A DNA stretch of 63,961 bases, counting the filler, from Candidatus Tectimicrobiota bacterium (GTDB lineage: Bacteria > JACPSX01), in assembly GCA_016193065.1 (NCBI GenBank). It is 7 parts of 7 records of this genome, joined end to end, with 100 filler letters (N's around TTAATTAATTAA, not from the genome) between each part and the next. Parts side by side here need not be neighbours in the genome. Positions count along the whole stretch, not along the records: positions 1 to 8,279 come from JACPSX010000144.1; positions 8,380 to 16,686 come from JACPSX010000167.1; 5 more parts are not named here. One strand, written 5' to 3'. The notes beneath the pieces were generated by a model, which ran no database searches, was not told the DNA's origin, and was given only the letters and a program-made list of their open reading frames with translations. Positions 1 to 11,660 of this stretch are shown piece after piece; within the stretch, counting starts at the first letter, position 1, and each line of letters opens with the position of its first letter. A program made the translations under genes and the position numbers.

Positions 1-1014
1 ACCCGGGCACTGGAATCCCACTCTCTGATCTCCATCATCCGGGAGGAAGTTATGGAACTGCCGGAGAGCGGCGTGGCCGTCGTGGCCACGGGTCCTCTGA
101 CTTCGGAACCCCTGGCCAACGCCATCCGCGAGATTACAGGCCGGGAATCCCTCTACTTCTACGACGCCATTTCCCCCATCGTGGAGGGAGCTTCCCTGAC
201 CCCCGAGCGCATCTTCCCGGCTTCCCGCTCCGACAAAGGGGACAATGATTACGTAACCTGCCCGCTCAACGAGGAAGAGTATTCCGTCTTCCAGCGGGAG
301 CTGGGCTCGGCCCACACGGTCCCCTTGCACGAGTTCGAGAAGGAAATCTACTTTGAGGGGTGTCTTCCCATCGAGGTGATTGCCAAACGGGGACGCGATA
401 CGATGGCTTTCGGCCCCATGAAGCCCGTGGGCCTGACGGATCCCCGCACCGGCGAGAGGCCATTTGCCGTGGTCCAACTGCGGAGGGAAGACCGCGAAGG
501 CACCATGTACAACCTGGTCGGTTTTCAGACCAAGTTGACGTACGGAGAACAGCTCCGCATCTTTCGCCTGATCCCCGGGCTTGAGCAGGCCGTTTTCCTG
601 CGCTATGGAAGTGCTCACCGGAATACTTTTATTAATTCTCCCCGGCTCCTGCACCGCACACTGCAGCTCAAGGGGCGGGAAAACCTCTTTTTCGCCGGGC
701 AAATTGTCGGTGTGGAAGGTTACGTGGAATCAGCCGCCATGGGGCTTGTGGCGGGCATTCATGCGGCCCGCTGGATCCGGGGCCTGCCGCTCGTCGACCC
801 TCCGGCCGTTACGGCTCACGGCTCCTTGCTGCGCTACATCAGCGCAGCGAACCCCCGGCATTTCCAGCCCATGAACGCGAACTACGGACTCTTCCTGGAC
901 CTGGATCGCAAGGTGCGCGATCGCAAAAGCCGCCATGCGGCCATTGCGTCCCGAGCGCTCCAGCATTGGAAGGACTGGCTGCAGAGGATGCAGAACCCGG
1001 AGGAGCCGGGATGA
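1..1014 (+). CDS. trmFO: tRNA (uracil-5-)-methyltransferase TrmFO, 5'-truncated by window edge
   Basis: Motifs ATGPLTS, YFYDAISPIV, YFEGCLPIE, YNLVGFQTKL, GVEGYVESAA; frame is open from base 1; usual position upstream of xerC-hslVU. Confidence 0.95.
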   Translation, partial: TRALESHSLISIIREEVMELPESGVAVVATGPLTSEPLANAIREITGRESLYFYDAISPIVEGASLTPERIFPASRSDKGDNDYVTCPLNEEEYSVFQRELGSAHTVPLHEFEKEIYFEGCLPIEVIAKRGRDTMAFGPMKPVGLTDPRTGERPFAVVQLRREDREGTMYNLVGFQTKLTYGEQLRIFRLIPGLEQAVFLRYGSAHRNTFINSPRLLHRTLQLKGRENLFFAGQIVGVEGYVESAAMGLVAGIHAARWIRGLPLVDPPAVTAHGSLLRYISAANPRHFQPMNANYGLFLDLDRKVRDRKSRHAAIASRALQHWKDWLQRMQNPEEPG

Positions 1015-1910
1015 GGTCCCACGTTGAATCGTTCATCCGTCACCTCCAGGTGGAAAAAGGAGTCTCCGCCCACACCCTGCGTTCCTACCTGAGCGACCTG
1101 CGCCAGTTTGAAGATTTCCTGCGTTCTCTTTCCTTCGAATCGGCAGAGAAGGAGCCGGATCTCCGGGACATCGACGGGGTGACGTTGCGGTCCTTCCTGG
1201 GCACCCTCTACCAGCGCCGCCTGCAAAACAACACGGTGGCGCGCAAGCTCTCCACGCGGAAAAGCTTTTTCCACTTTCTGTGCCGCGAGAAGATCCTGGA
1301 CCATAACCCCGCCCGCCACGTGCTCTCGCCCAGAAGGCCCCAGTCTCTGCCGAACTTTGTCCCGGAAGCGGAGCTGGAGCGGTTCTTTGACGAACTGCGT
1401 CCGGTCAGCGAGGCGCAAGTACGGGACCGCGCCATTTTGGAGACCTTGTACGCCACCGGGGTCCGCATCGGAGAGTTGGTCTCCGCGAATCTGGGAGACC
1501 TCCAGGACGGCTGGCTCAGGGTGCTCGGCAAGGGCAGGAAGGAGCGCTTGGTCCCGGTGGGAGAGGCGGCCCTGGAGGCTATCGCCGCCTACCTTCCCGT
1601 GCGCCAGAGCTGGCTCGCTTCGGGGGAGGAGGCGTTGTTCGTGAACCGGCGCGGTCGCCGCCTGACTTCCCGCGGCATCCGCAACCTGGTCTACCATTAT
1701 CTGGAGGGGCGCGGCGTCAAGGGGAAGGTCGGCCCCCACTCCCTGCGCCACAGCATGGCCACCCATCTGTTGGACCGAGGGGCCGATTTGCGATCCATCC
1801 AGGAGATGCTGGGACACGCGAGCCTGGCGACCACCCAGCGCTATACTCACGTGACCCAGGAAAGATTAAAGGAGGTCTATGAAAAAGCACACCCCCGCGC
1901 GCGCAGTTGA
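1011..1910 (+). CDS. xerC: Tyrosine recombinase XerC
   Basis: Catalytic residues in [32 protein letters not shown] overlap with trmFO; xerC-hslV-hslU synteny. Confidence 0.9.
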   Translation: MRSHVESFIRHLQVEKGVSAHTLRSYLSDLRQFEDFLRSLSFESAEKEPDLRDIDGVTLRSFLGTLYQRRLQNNTVARKLSTRKSFFHFLCREKILDHNPARHVLSPRRPQSLPNFVPEAELERFFDELRPVSEAQVRDRAILETLYATGVRIGELVSANLGDLQDGWLRVLGKGRKERLVPVGEAALEAIAAYLPVRQSWLASGEEALFVNRRGRRLTSRGIRNLVYHYLEGRGVKGKVGPHSLRHSMATHLLDRGADLRSIQEMLGHASLATTQRYTHVTQERLKEVYEKAHPRARS

Positions 1911-1947
1911 CCCTCACCCCCCGTCTGCCGAGGGCTCGGGTGGTCTC

Positions 1948-2475
1948 TTGGTTCGAGGCACCACGATCCTGTCCGTTCGATACCAGGGGAAGGTGGTCAT
2001 GGCGGGCGACGGCCAGGTGACCGTCCGGACGACCGTGGTCAAGCATAATGCCGTCAAGGTGAAGAAGATTTACAAGGATCTGGTACTGGCTGGATTTGCC
2101 GGTGCTGCCGCCGATGCCCTGGCCCTGTTCGGGAAGTTCGAGGACAGATTGGAGGAGTACCGGGGAAATCTGGTGCGCAGCGCGGTAGAGCTCTCCAAGG
2201 ACTGGCGGACCGACCGAGTGCTGCGGCGATTGGAAGCACTGCTGGCCATAGCCGACCGGGATCACTCGCTCATCCTGTCGGGAACCGGGGATGTCATTGA
2301 GCCCGAGGATGGGATCCTCGCCATCGGGTCCGGGGGGACCTATGCCCTGGCGGCCGCCCGGGCCTTGCTGCAGCATTCGAGCCTCGATGCCCGGGGGATT
2401 GCCGAGGAAGCCATGCGGATCGCCGCCGACATCTGCATTTACACGAACAGCAAAATCATCATCGAGGAGCTGTGA
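1948..2475 (+). CDS. hslV: ATP-dependent protease peptidase subunit HslV
   Basis: TTILSVR N-terminal Thr, [27 protein letters not shown] start inferred. Confidence 0.95.
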   Translation: MVRGTTILSVRYQGKVVMAGDGQVTVRTTVVKHNAVKVKKIYKDLVLAGFAGAAADALALFGKFEDRLEEYRGNLVRSAVELSKDWRTDRVLRRLEALLAIADRDHSLILSGTGDVIEPEDGILAIGSGGTYALAAARALLQHSSLDARGIAEEAMRIAADICIYTNSKIIIEEL

Positions 2476-2512
2476 TGGGGCGAGGGATATCACTCTTCTT
2501 AAGGAATGAACG

Positions 2513-3871
2513 ATGGAAGAATTGACCCCAGCCGAGATCGTGCGAGAACTGGATCGCTACATCGTGGGCCAGGCCGAGGCCAAGCGGGCCGTAGCAGTGG
2601 CGTTGCGGAACCGCTGGCGCCGCCAGCACCTGCCCCCCGAACTGCGGGAGGAAGTCGCCCCCAAGAACATCATCATGATCGGACCCACGGGCGTGGGCAA
2701 GACCGAGATTGCCCGGCGTCTGGCCCGGCTGGCCAGCTCCCCTTTTCTCAAGATCGAAGCCTCCAAGTTCACCGAGGTGGGCTATGTGGGCCGGGACGTG
2801 GATTCCATCATCCGCGATCTGGCGGAAATCGCCAAAAACATGGTGCGCCAGGAGAAAACCCAGGAGGTCCGGGAACAAGCCGCGGCCCATGCCGAGGATC
2901 GCCTCCTGGATCTGCTGCTCCCCTCCCCGCCGACTCTGACGAGGGACTTCGAGAAGGGGGAAGGGCTGGACGATCTGGGCCAGCAGCACTACTCTCAGAC
3001 CCGCGAGAAGTTCCGCTCCTACCTGCGCGAGGGAAAACTCCAGGACCGGGAGGTGGAACTGGAAGTGGCTGAACGGGGCATTCCCCTCATCGAGATCCTG
3101 CCGGGGTCCGGCATGGAAGAAATGGACATCCAGATCAAAGACATGCTCGGAAGCCTCTTCCCGCAGCGCAAGAAACGGCGCCGGGTCAATGTTCCCGAAG
3201 CCTTGAGGCTGCTGACGGAGCAAGAGGCCCAGAAGCTCATCGACATGGACAAGGTGATTCAAGAGGCCATCGAGCGCGTGGAGCAGAGCGGAATCGTTTT
3301 TCTGGATGAGCTGGACAAGGTGGCCGGACGGGAGGGAGGGCACGGGCCCGACGTTTCACGCGAAGGGGTACAGCGCGATCTCCTGCCCATCATCGAGGGC
3401 TCCACGGTGAGCACCAAGTACGGAGCTGTGCGCACGGACCACATCCTGTTCATTGCCGCCGGGGCCTTCCACGTTTCCAAACCCTCCGACCTGATCCCCG
3501 AACTGCAGGGACGCTTTCCCATCCGGGTGGAGCTCGAGTCCCTGAGCAAAGAGGACTTTATCCGCATCCTCACCGAGCCGCAAAATGCCTTAATCAAGCA
3601 GTACACGGCTCTGCTCGCCACCGAAGGGATCGAGATTCAATTTACCCCGGAGGCGATCGATGAGATTGCCTCCCTGGCGGCCCTGGTCAACGAGCGCACG
3701 GAAAACATCGGAGCCCGGCGCCTGCACACGGTCATGGAAAAACTCCTGGAAGAGATCTCCTTCCGGGGCCCGGAACTGCGGGGGCAGAAAGTCTCCATTG
3801 ACGCCGCCTACGTACGCAACCAACTCCAAAATCTGGCACAGGATCAAGACCTAAGCCGCTACATTTTGTAG
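2513..3871 (+). CDS. hslU: ATP-dependent protease ATPase subunit HslU
   Basis: [34 protein letters not shown]-terminal DLSRYIL. Confidence 0.97.
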   Translation: MEELTPAEIVRELDRYIVGQAEAKRAVAVALRNRWRRQHLPPELREEVAPKNIIMIGPTGVGKTEIARRLARLASSPFLKIEASKFTEVGYVGRDVDSIIRDLAEIAKNMVRQEKTQEVREQAAAHAEDRLLDLLLPSPPTLTRDFEKGEGLDDLGQQHYSQTREKFRSYLREGKLQDREVELEVAERGIPLIEILPGSGMEEMDIQIKDMLGSLFPQRKKRRRVNVPEALRLLTEQEAQKLIDMDKVIQEAIERVEQSGIVFLDELDKVAGREGGHGPDVSREGVQRDLLPIIEGSTVSTKYGAVRTDHILFIAAGAFHVSKPSDLIPELQGRFPIRVELESLSKEDFIRILTEPQNALIKQYTALLATEGIEIQFTPEAIDEIASLAALVNERTENIGARRLHTVMEKLLEEISFRGPELRGQKVSIDAAYVRNQLQNLAQDQDLSRYIL

Positions 3872-3926
3872 GACGGGCGCTGGTTTATATGGTTTGTCTG
3901 GTTTGTTCGGTTCCCCGCCCCGTCGT

Positions 3927-3990
3927 CGTCACCCCGGCGAAAGCCGGGGTCCAGTCCTCTTCTGGATTCCGGCTTGTGCCGGAATGACGG
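3927..3990. repeat. REP-like palindromic doublet (CGTC family)
   Basis: GTCACCCCGGCGAAAGCCGGGGTCCAG...CTGGATTCCGGCTTGTGCCGGAATGACG; related copies at 38815, 57573 and 57701. Confidence 0.8.
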
Positions 3991-4028
3991 AAACGTTTTG
4001 ATTTTGCGACATAGAGGACGGGAGGACC

Positions 4029-4869
4029 GTGAGCATTAATCTGGCCAAAGCCCATACTCTGATCGAGGCGCTCCCCTACATCCGCACCTTTTCCGGGAAG
4101 ACCATCGTGGTGAAGTACGGCGGGGCCGCCATGGTGAACGAAGACCTCAAGCGCGATTTTGTTCTGGACGTGAGCCTGCTCCGCTACGTAGGAGTAAACC
4201 CCGTCATCGTCCACGGCGGCGGGCCCCAAATTGGAGAGACGTTGAAGCGGATGGGGAAGGAATCTACCTTTGTCCAGGGGATGCGGGTGACGGACGGGGA
4301 GACCATGGACATCGTGGAGATGGTGCTGGCGGGGAAGGTGAACAAGGAGATTGTCTCCCTGATCAACCAGCACGGCGGCAATGCCGTGGGACTGAGCGGC
4401 AAGGATGGCAACTTAATCCGCGCCTCCAAGCTCAACGTCACCGTCAGCTCGGAGCTCACGGGAATCCCCGAGATCATCGACGTAGGGATGGTCGGCAAAG
4501 TGGAATCCGTGAACCCTCAGATCATCGACGTTCTGGTCAAATCCGGTTTTATCCCCGTGATCTCCCCCGTCGGGGTGGGCGAAACCGGCGAGACGTACAA
4601 CATCAACGCGGACCTGGTGGCTGGAGAGGTGGCCGCGGCCCTCACCGCCGAGAAGCTGATCCTGCTCACGGACGTCCCCGGAATCCAGGACAAGAACCGG
4701 AACCTGATCTCCACCCTCACCCGCGCCGAGATCTCCACCCTCACCGCCGCCCAGGTGATCACCGGGGGAATGCTCCCCAAGGTCAGCGCCGCCCTCAGTG
4801 CCCTGGAGGCGGGAGTGGCCAAGGCACACATTATTGACGGCCGGATCCACCACGCCCTCCTGCTCGTCT
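4029..4869 (+). CDS. argB: Acetylglutamate kinase; C-terminal tail and stop are missing (runs into argD out of frame)
   Basis: [42 protein letters not shown]; the expected EIFT..GIGT tail is absent. Confidence 0.9.
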
Positions 4870-5929
4870 ATGAACCAAGGGGAACTGATCAACCTGTCGC
4901 AGACGTTCCTGGCCCGCACCTACGCTCCAGCTCCCGTGGTGCTGGTGCGAGGTCAGGGGTGCCGGGTCTGGGATGCAGATGGCAAAGAATACCTCGACTT
5001 CGTAGCGGGCATTGCGGTCCAAGCTCTGGGGCATTGCCATCCGAAGGTGGTGGAGGCGATCCGGGAACAGGCCAGCCGTCTCATGCACGTCTCCAACCTC
5101 TATTACATCGGCCGCGAGATCGAGCTAGCCCGCCTCCTGGTGGAAAATTCCTGCGCGGACCGGGTCTTTTTTTGCAACAGCGGCGCCGAGGCCAACGAGG
5201 CAGCCATCAAGCTGGCCCGCAAGTACTCCCGGGACCACTACGGGACCGATCGTTACGAGATTATCACCATGGCCAACTCCTTCCACGGCCGCACTCTCGC
5301 CACCCTGGCAGCCACGGGGCAGGAGAAGTTCCGCCTGGGCTTCGAGCCTTTACCTGCGGGTTTTTCCCATGTGCCGTTTAACGATCTGGCGGCTCTGGAA
5401 AAGGCTCTCACCCCCCGCACCTGCGCGGTCATGCTGGAGCCCATTCAGGCCGAGGGGGGGGTGATTGTGGCGGACCGGGAATACCTCAAGAAAGTCCGGG
5501 AGCTCTGCGACCGGAGAAATCTCCTCCTGATCTTTGATGAGGTCCAGGTGGGGACGGGGCGCACGGGCCACTTGTTCGCCTACGAACATTACGGAGTCGA
5601 GCCCGACATTTTTACTCTAGCCAAGGCCCTCGGGGGCGGTACCGCGATTGGAGCCATGCTGGCCAAAGAGGCTGTGAGCGAATCCTTCGGTCCCGGTACC
5701 CATGCCTCGACCTTCGGCGGGAACCCTCTGGCCTGTGCCGCCGCGATTGCCGTGGTCCGCGAGCTGCTGGAGGGGAACCACCTGTCTCAATGCCGGAAAA
5801 TGGGGGCTTACCTGACGGAGCGCCTGGTCACTTTGCAAAAAAAGCACCCCCCCCCTGGTGGTCAGCGAGAGGGAAGTAGACGAATTCGTGTCTTGCCTCG
5901 ATGAGGTTCTGGGAGAGGTGAGAGCGTGA
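4870..5929 (+). CDS. argD: Acetylornithine aminotransferase with an internal deletion/frameshift at the C9 run 5847-5855
   Basis: [44 protein letters not shown]; after KKHP the terminal [13 protein letters not shown]...VRA* is in another frame and its stop overlaps the argF start. Confidence 0.9.
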
Positions 5930-6873
5930 AACGGGATCTCCTGTCCCTGGCGGATCTGGAGCGCGAAGAAATCCTCCACATCTTCAGCCTGACCCGGCGG
6001 CTCAAAGAGAAAGGTGAAGAAGCCAAGCGCCTCTCCCTGCTGCGGGGCAAGGTCCTGGGCCTTATCTTCCACAAGCCTTCCATGAGGACCCGGGTCTCCT
6101 TCGAAGTGGCCATGGTGCACCTGGGGGGTCACGCCATGCTTTTGGGAAACTCCGAAATCCTCCTGGGCGAAAGGGAATCCGTGGCCGATGTGGCCCGGGT
6201 GCTCTCCGGTTATATGGACGGCCTGGTCATCCGGACCTTCGATCAGGCCCTGGTGGAGGAGGTGGCAAGCTGCACCTCCATCCCCGTCATCAACGGTCTG
6301 ACCGATCTCCTGCACCCTTGCCAGATCCTGGCCGCTCTCTACACGATCCAGGAGCGCCTGGGACGCCTGCAGGGACTTAAGGTGGTTTACGTCGGGGACG
6401 GGAACAACGTGGCCCATTCCTGGCTCCTGGGCGCCGCCAAGATGGGGCTCGATCTGACCATTGCCTGCCCACCCGAGTACCGCCCGAACCCTCAAATCTT
6501 CAGCCGGGCCTTGAACTTGGCCCTGACGACCGGCAGCAAGCTCATGGTCCTCGACAACCCACTGGAAGCGGTGCGGGGTGCGCACATCATCTACACGGAC
6601 GTCTGGGCCAGCATGGGACAGGAGCAGGAGAAAGAGGACAGAGCCAAAGCATTCTCCCCCTATCAGGTGAACGCGGCCCTGCTGAAGGCCGCGGGGGAAC
6701 AGGCTTACGTCATGCACTGCCTGCCGGCACACCGGGGGGAGGAAATCATCTCCGAGGTCATTGACGGACCCCGGTCTCTGGTGTGGGAAGAGGCCGAAAA
6801 CCGTCTCCACGTGCAGAAAGCGATCTTGATCTGGTTGCTGGGGGGAGAAAAGGCAGAAAAGGAGTTCGCATGA
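5926..6873 (+). CDS. argF: Ornithine carbamoyltransferase
   Basis: [44 protein letters not shown]. Confidence 0.96.
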   Translation: MKRDLLSLADLEREEILHIFSLTRRLKEKGEEAKRLSLLRGKVLGLIFHKPSMRTRVSFEVAMVHLGGHAMLLGNSEILLGERESVADVARVLSGYMDGLVIRTFDQALVEEVASCTSIPVINGLTDLLHPCQILAALYTIQERLGRLQGLKVVYVGDGNNVAHSWLLGAAKMGLDLTIACPPEYRPNPQIFSRALNLALTTGSKLMVLDNPLEAVRGAHIIYTDVWASMGQEQEKEDRAKAFSPYQVNAALLKAAGEQAYVMHCLPAHRGEEIISEVIDGPRSLVWEEAENRLHVQKAILIWLLGGEKAEKEFA

Positions 6874-8096
6874 AACAGGGGATAGACAAGATCGTGCTGG
6901 CTTACTCGGGCGGACTGGACACCTCCGTGATTCTGAGCTGGCTGAAGGAAACTTACCGCTGCCCGGTCATCGCCTTCTTTGCGGACCTGGGGCAGGAGGA
7001 CGACCCACGCCAGGTGGAAGAAAAGGCCCTGAAGACCGGAGCCAGCCAGGTCGTCATCGAAGACCTGCGAGACGAATTCGTGCGGGACTACGTGTTCCCC
7101 ATACTGCGGGCCGCTGCCGTCTACGAGGGGAGTTACCTTCTGGGGACCTCCATTGCCCGGCCGCTGATTGCCCGGAAGCAAATTGAAATCGCCCACCGCT
7201 TGGGGGCTCGGGCCGTCGCGCACGGAGCCACGGGCAAGGGGAACGATCAGGTGCGCTTCGAGGTGACCTACCTGGCCCTCGATCCGCACATCTCCATCGT
7301 GGCCCCGTGGCGGGAATGGAACCTGGGCTCCCGCCAGGCCCTGGTCAACTACGCCCGTGAGCACGGCATCCCGATCCCGGTGACCCCGGAGCGCCCCTAT
7401 AGCTGCGACCGCAATCTGCTTCACATCAGCTACGAGGGCGGAATCCTCGAAGATCCCTGGCTCGAGCCCAGCGAAGACATGTACATCATGACCACGACCC
7501 CCGAGAAGGCTCCGGACGAGCCCGAGTACGTGGAAATCGATTTCCTGGGCGGGAACCCGGTGGCGGTCAACGGCCTCAAGCTCCATCCTACGAGCTTGCT
7601 AGCCCTCCTCAATGAAAAGGCGGGGCGGCACGGCATCGGCCGGGTCGATATGGTGGAAAATCGCTTCGTGGGCATGAAGTCCCGAGGCGTCTACGAAACC
7701 CCCGGAGGGACGCTCCTCCATATTGCGCACCGGGCCATCGAGTCCCTCACCCTGGACCGGGAGGTCATGCACCTGCGGGACTCCCTGATCCCCCGCTACT
7801 CGGAACTCGTCTACTACGGTTTCTGGTTTTCCCCGGAGCGGGAGATGCTGCAGGCCGCCATTGATGAGACCCAGAAGCCCGTCGAGGGCACCGTGCGCCT
7901 CAAGCTCTACCGGGGAAGCTGCCGGGTGGTGGGCCGGAAATCCCCGCGCTCGCTCTATCGCCACGACCTGGCCACCTTCGAAGAAGCCATCGGCTACAAC
8001 CCCTCGGATGCTTCGGGGTTCATCCGCCTCAATGCCCTCCGCCTGCAGGTGCGTGCCCTTCTCCAGAAAGAAACAGTCCAGGGCAAACCCGAATGA
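6870..8096 (+). CDS. argG: Argininosuccinate synthase
   Basis: [37 protein letters not shown]. Confidence 0.97.
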   Translation: MKQGIDKIVLAYSGGLDTSVILSWLKETYRCPVIAFFADLGQEDDPRQVEEKALKTGASQVVIEDLRDEFVRDYVFPILRAAAVYEGSYLLGTSIARPLIARKQIEIAHRLGARAVAHGATGKGNDQVRFEVTYLALDPHISIVAPWREWNLGSRQALVNYAREHGIPIPVTPERPYSCDRNLLHISYEGGILEDPWLEPSEDMYIMTTTPEKAPDEPEYVEIDFLGGNPVAVNGLKLHPTSLLALLNEKAGRHGIGRVDMVENRFVGMKSRGVYETPGGTLLHIAHRAIESLTLDREVMHLRDSLIPRYSELVYYGFWFSPEREMLQAAIDETQKPVEGTVRLKLYRGSCRVVGRKSPRSLYRHDLATFEEAIGYNPSDASGFIRLNALRLQVRALLQKETVQGKPE

Positions 8097-8279
8097 GACG
8101 GGACTACGATGCGGTCCTCGTGGGAGCCAGTCTGGGAACCCTGGTCCTGGCGGCTCTGCTGGCCCGCCGCGGCCAGCGGGTTCTGCTCCTGGAGTCCTCC
8201 TCCGGTCCCCGCGGGGCGTGCTCCACATTTTCAAAAGATCACTACATCTTCGAATCCTTTCCGGTTCTCTTCTGGGGCC
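8093..8279 (+). CDS. FAD-dependent oxidoreductase (phytoene desaturase-like), N-terminal fragment
   Basis: [30 protein letters not shown] Rossmann start; cut by contig end. Confidence 0.6.
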
Positions 8280-8379
8280 NNNNNNNNNNNNNNNNNNNNN
8301 NNNNNNNNNNNNNNNNNNNNNNNTTAATTAATTAANNNNNNNNNNNNNNNNNNNNNNNNNNNNNNNNNNNNNNNNNNNN
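8280..8379. other. Artificial contig spacer (N44-TTAATTAATTAA-N44); same spacer at 16687-16786, 28812-28911, 49893-49992, 56930-57029 and 60733-60832
   Basis: Identical 100-nt construct with stops in all six frames, occurring six times. Confidence 0.99.
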
Positions 8380-8821
8380 CAAAGGGGAAAAGGAAGTCGG
8401 TAAACAGGGCGCGCCCGATGGCCTGAGTGTTGCCGGCCTGGCGCAGCACCTCCTGGGAAAAAGGCCCCCGCGGCCCCAGGGGAATCCGGCCGGACAGCGC
8501 TCCCCCCAGCAGGCCCAACAAGACCAGGGCTCCAATCGATCCGGCCGTCTTGAGCCAGCTCCCCCCCTTTTCCTCAATGTCCCCCCGGCGCAGGTTCAGG
8601 AGCATGACCACGAACAGGAAGAGAACCATGATGGCCCCCGTGTACACGATGATCTGGGCCGCCGCAATGAACTCGGCCCCCAGGGTGAGGAAGAGGCCTG
8701 CCAGGGAGATGAAAGAAATAATAGCGAAGACGACGCTGTACACCGGGTGGGTCTGGAAAATCACCAGGAGGGCAGAGGCCAGCATGATGGACGACAAAAT
8801 GTAGAAGAGAATGGCCGGCAT
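8380..8821 (-). CDS. nuoJ: NADH-quinone oxidoreductase subunit J, 3'-truncated
   Basis: HPVYS, AEFIAAAQIIVYTGAIMVLFLFVVMLLN, IGRALFTDFLFPF. Confidence 0.95.
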
Positions 8822-8828
8822 CAGAACC

Positions 8829-9842
8829 TCAGCGCAGCAGCACGAGCCCGAGGCCCGTGAGCAGGACGTTGAGCAGCGACAGGGGAAGAAATACTTTCCA
8901 CCCCAGATTCATGAGCTGGTCATAGCGAAACCGGGGGAGCGTCCAGCGCACCCACAGGAACAGGAACAGGAAGAAGGCCACCTTCCCCACAAACCAGAGG
9001 ACCGGAGGGATCCCCAGGGTCCCCAGCCCGGGCAGTCCCTGCCAACCTCCGAAGTAGAGGGTGACGGCCATGGCGGAGATGGTGAACATGGCGGCATACT
9101 CGGACATGAAGAAGAGGGAAAACTTCATGCTGCTGTACTCCGTGTGATACCCGGCCACCAGCTCCGGCTCGGCTTCCGGCAGGTCGAAGGGGAGGCGGTT
9201 GGTCTCGGCAAAGGCGGCGATAATGAAGATGATAAATCCCAGAGGCTGCAGGAACACATACCAGAGACCAGCCTGATCCTCGACCACCCGGGTCAAGCTC
9301 AGGCTGCCGGACATCATGAGGACCCCGACCACGGACATCCCCAGGGAGAGCTCGTAGCTGATCATTTGAGCCGAGGAACGCAGGCCTCCGAGCAGGGAGT
9401 ATTTGTTGTTGGAAGACCAGCCCGCCAGGACGATCCCGTAAACCCCCATGGAAGAGAGGGCAAATATGTAGAGGATGCCGATGTTCACGTCGGCAATTTG
9501 CAGGGGAACCGGCTCGGGCAGCAGGCCGAAAAAATCGGTGGGCGGCCCCAGCGGGATCACCGCATAGGCAGCAAAGGCCGCCACCGTGGAGATCGCCGGC
9601 GCCAGGAGGTAGATGACCTTGTCCACATGATCGGGGATGATGTCTTCCTTGAACATGAGCTTGAGCCCGTCGGCGATGGGCTGCAGGAGTCCGAAAGGGC
9701 CGACCCGGTTGGGTCCCAGACGAAGCTGGATGTGGCCGGAAACCTTGCGTTCCGCCAGCGTCATGTAGGCGACGACCCCCAGGACGGCGCCGAAAATCAC
9801 GCCCACCTTCACCAGGGTCACAAGCCACCAAAGAACGGACAT
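8829..9842 (-). CDS. nuoH: NADH-quinone oxidoreductase subunit H
   Basis: ERKV..GPNRVGPFGLLQPIADGLK, AETNRLPFDLPEAE, LPRFRYDQLM. Confidence 0.97.
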   Translation of the reverse strand: MSVLWWLVTLVKVGVIFGAVLGVVAYMTLAERKVSGHIQLRLGPNRVGPFGLLQPIADGLKLMFKEDIIPDHVDKVIYLLAPAISTVAAFAAYAVIPLGPPTDFFGLLPEPVPLQIADVNIGILYIFALSSMGVYGIVLAGWSSNNKYSLLGGLRSSAQMISYELSLGMSVVGVLMMSGSLSLTRVVEDQAGLWYVFLQPLGFIIFIIAAFAETNRLPFDLPEAEPELVAGYHTEYSSMKFSLFFMSEYAAMFTISAMAVTLYFGGWQGLPGLGTLGIPPVLWFVGKVAFFLFLFLWVRWTLPRFRYDQLMNLGWKVFLPLSLLNVLLTGLGLVLLR

Positions 9843-9896
9843 ACGTCTTGTACCCTCTATCCCGCCCAGCGGCGGGCCTCAGCAACCGCGGATCTT

Positions 9897-11165
9897 TCAG
9901 GGCGCGAAAGGGCAACCCTTCCCCTGGATGTGGGATTCGTACTCGGAGCGGAAAAGCTTCACCGTGCTTTCCACCGGAGTGAGGGCTGCGTCGCCAAAAG
10001 GGCACAGGGTCTGGCCCCGAATATTGCTGCACACGTCCAGGAGCAGATCCAGGTCCTGCTGCCGCCCCCGGCCGTGCTCGATCCGCTCCAGAACCACGCT
10101 CATCCAGCGCGTCCCCTCCCGGCAGGGAGTGCACTGTCCGCAGGATTCGTGCTCGTAAAAATGGCACAGATTCAGGGCGGCCCACACCATGCAGGTCGTG
10201 TCATCCATGACGATGAACCCCGCCGACCCTAAAAGAGATCCGGCCTGGGCCACCGACTCGAAATCGAGCTTTACGTCCAGATGCTCCGCAGTCAGGAAGG
10301 GGACCGAGGATCCTCCGGGGATAAACGCCTTGAGCGGCCGGCCGCCCCGGATGCCCCCGGCGTGCTCGTAAATCAGATCGCGGGCCGTGACCCCCATGGG
10401 GAGTTCGTAAGTCCCCGGCCGGTTCACATGCCCGCTCACGCAGAACACCCGGGTGCCGGTGCTTTTCTCGGTGCCAATGGCGGCGAACCACTCGGGCCCC
10501 TTGAGCACGATGTCGGGAATGTTGGCCAGGGTCTCCACGTTGTTGATCACCGTCGGGCCGCCGAACAGGCCCCGTGTAGCCGGGAACGGGGGCTTCACCC
10601 TGGGTTCGCCGCGCTTGCCCTCCAGGGATTCCATGAGGGCGGTCTCCTCCCCGCAAATATAGGCTCCGGCTCCGCGATGGACGTAGATCTCCAGGTGAAA
10701 ATCGCTGCCCAGGATGTTGTTCCCCAGGAATCCGGCCCGCTGAGCTTCAGCGATGGCTTGCTCGAGCACCCGGGCCCCGAACACCATCTCCCCCCGGATG
10801 TAGATGTAGGCCGTATGGATTCCAATCGCGTAGCAGGTCAGGGTGATCCCCTCCAGGAGAAGATGGGGATCCTTCTCGATGATGACCCGATCCTTAAATG
10901 TCCCGGGCTCGCTCTCGTCGGCATTGCAGCACAGGTATTTGGGGAGCTTGGATTCCTTGGGAACGAAACTCCACTTGAGTCCCGCGGGAAACCCGGCCCC
11001 GCCCCGCCCCCGCAGTCCGGAGCGCTTGACAATGTCAATCAGGTCGTCGGGCTTTATCTCTTTAAGAGCCTTTTCCAGGGCCCGGTACCCGCCACGCGCC
11101 CTGTAGGTCTCCAGCTCGCGGGAGTTCGGGGCCTCCACATTCTTAAACACGATTCTCTCGGCCAC
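9897..11165 (-). CDS. nuoF: NADH-quinone oxidoreductase subunit F
   Basis: GLRGRGGAGFP, NADESEPGTFKDR, GAGAYICGEETAL, ESCGQCTPCREG. Confidence 0.97.
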   Translation of the reverse strand: MAERIVFKNVEAPNSRELETYRARGGYRALEKALKEIKPDDLIDIVKRSGLRGRGGAGFPAGLKWSFVPKESKLPKYLCCNADESEPGTFKDRVIIEKDPHLLLEGITLTCYAIGIHTAYIYIRGEMVFGARVLEQAIAEAQRAGFLGNNILGSDFHLEIYVHRGAGAYICGEETALMESLEGKRGEPRVKPPFPATRGLFGGPTVINNVETLANIPDIVLKGPEWFAAIGTEKSTGTRVFCVSGHVNRPGTYELPMGVTARDLIYEHAGGIRGGRPLKAFIPGGSSVPFLTAEHLDVKLDFESVAQAGSLLGSAGFIVMDDTTCMVWAALNLCHFYEHESCGQCTPCREGTRWMSVVLERIEHGRGRQQDLDLLLDVCSNIRGQTLCPFGDAALTPVESTVKLFRSEYESHIQGKGCPFAP

Positions 11166-11174
11166 AGTCCCTCC

Positions 11175-11645
11175 CTATTCCCGAGAGAGTTGTTCCAAGA
11201 TCCGATCCACCTTTTCCAGGTTCAGCCCCTCGTAGTAGTCATCATTAATCTGGATCACCGGAGCGGTTCCGCAGGAGGCCAGGCATTCGACGGTGACCAG
11301 GCTGAACTTCCCGTCGGGGGTGGTCTCTCCCACCTCGATGCCCAGCTTCCCTTTCAGGTATTCCAGGATCTTCCGGCTTCCGCACAGCGCGCAGGGCAAC
11401 GTGCGGCAGACCTGGATCACGTACTTCCCCATCTTCTCCTTGTAGAACATCGTGTAAAAAGAAGCCACGCTGTGGACGTAGGTCGGGGAGAGAGCCAGAA
11501 GTCCCGCCACAAAGTCGATGGCTTCCTTGGACACGTACCCCACTTCGGACTGCACGAGATGAAGGGTGGGAAGGAGAGCCGCCTGCTTGTTGGGATAGCG
11601 CTTGAGCAGTTGCTGAAATTTCTCCATTCCTGCCGGTGAAAGCAT
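11175..11645 (-). CDS. nuoE: NADH-quinone oxidoreductase subunit E
   Basis: VASFYTMF, CRTLPC, ECLASCGTAP [2Fe-2S] ligands. Confidence 0.96.
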   Translation of the reverse strand: MLSPAGMEKFQQLLKRYPNKQAALLPTLHLVQSEVGYVSKEAIDFVAGLLALSPTYVHSVASFYTMFYKEKMGKYVIQVCRTLPCALCGSRKILEYLKGKLGIEVGETTPDGKFSLVTVECLASCGTAPVIQINDDYYEGLNLEKVDRILEQLSRE

Positions 11646-11660
11646 GGCTCCGTCGCCTCT

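Noticed and set aside
1011-1910. Tyrosine recombinase as a phage or island integrase
   Set aside because: Housekeeping trmFO-xerC-hslVU context
4706-4745. 16-nt direct repeat GATCTCCACCCTCACC in argB
   Set aside because: In frame (ISTLT twice) and the segment length looks normal for ArgB; no sign of an insertion
4029-5381. 450-aa ArgB fusion protein
   Set aside because: The extension is the out-of-frame reading of argD caused by the missing argB end
8280-8379. Recurring TTAATTAATTAA flanked by Ns as a biological repeat; ORFs ending in XXX-LIN
   Set aside because: Artificial contig-joining spacer
8811-11639. Long antisense ORFs such as 8811-10232, 10281-11639, 21816-23330 and 37116-38645
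   Set aside because: Shadow frames of real genes in GC-rich DNA with no recognisable motifs
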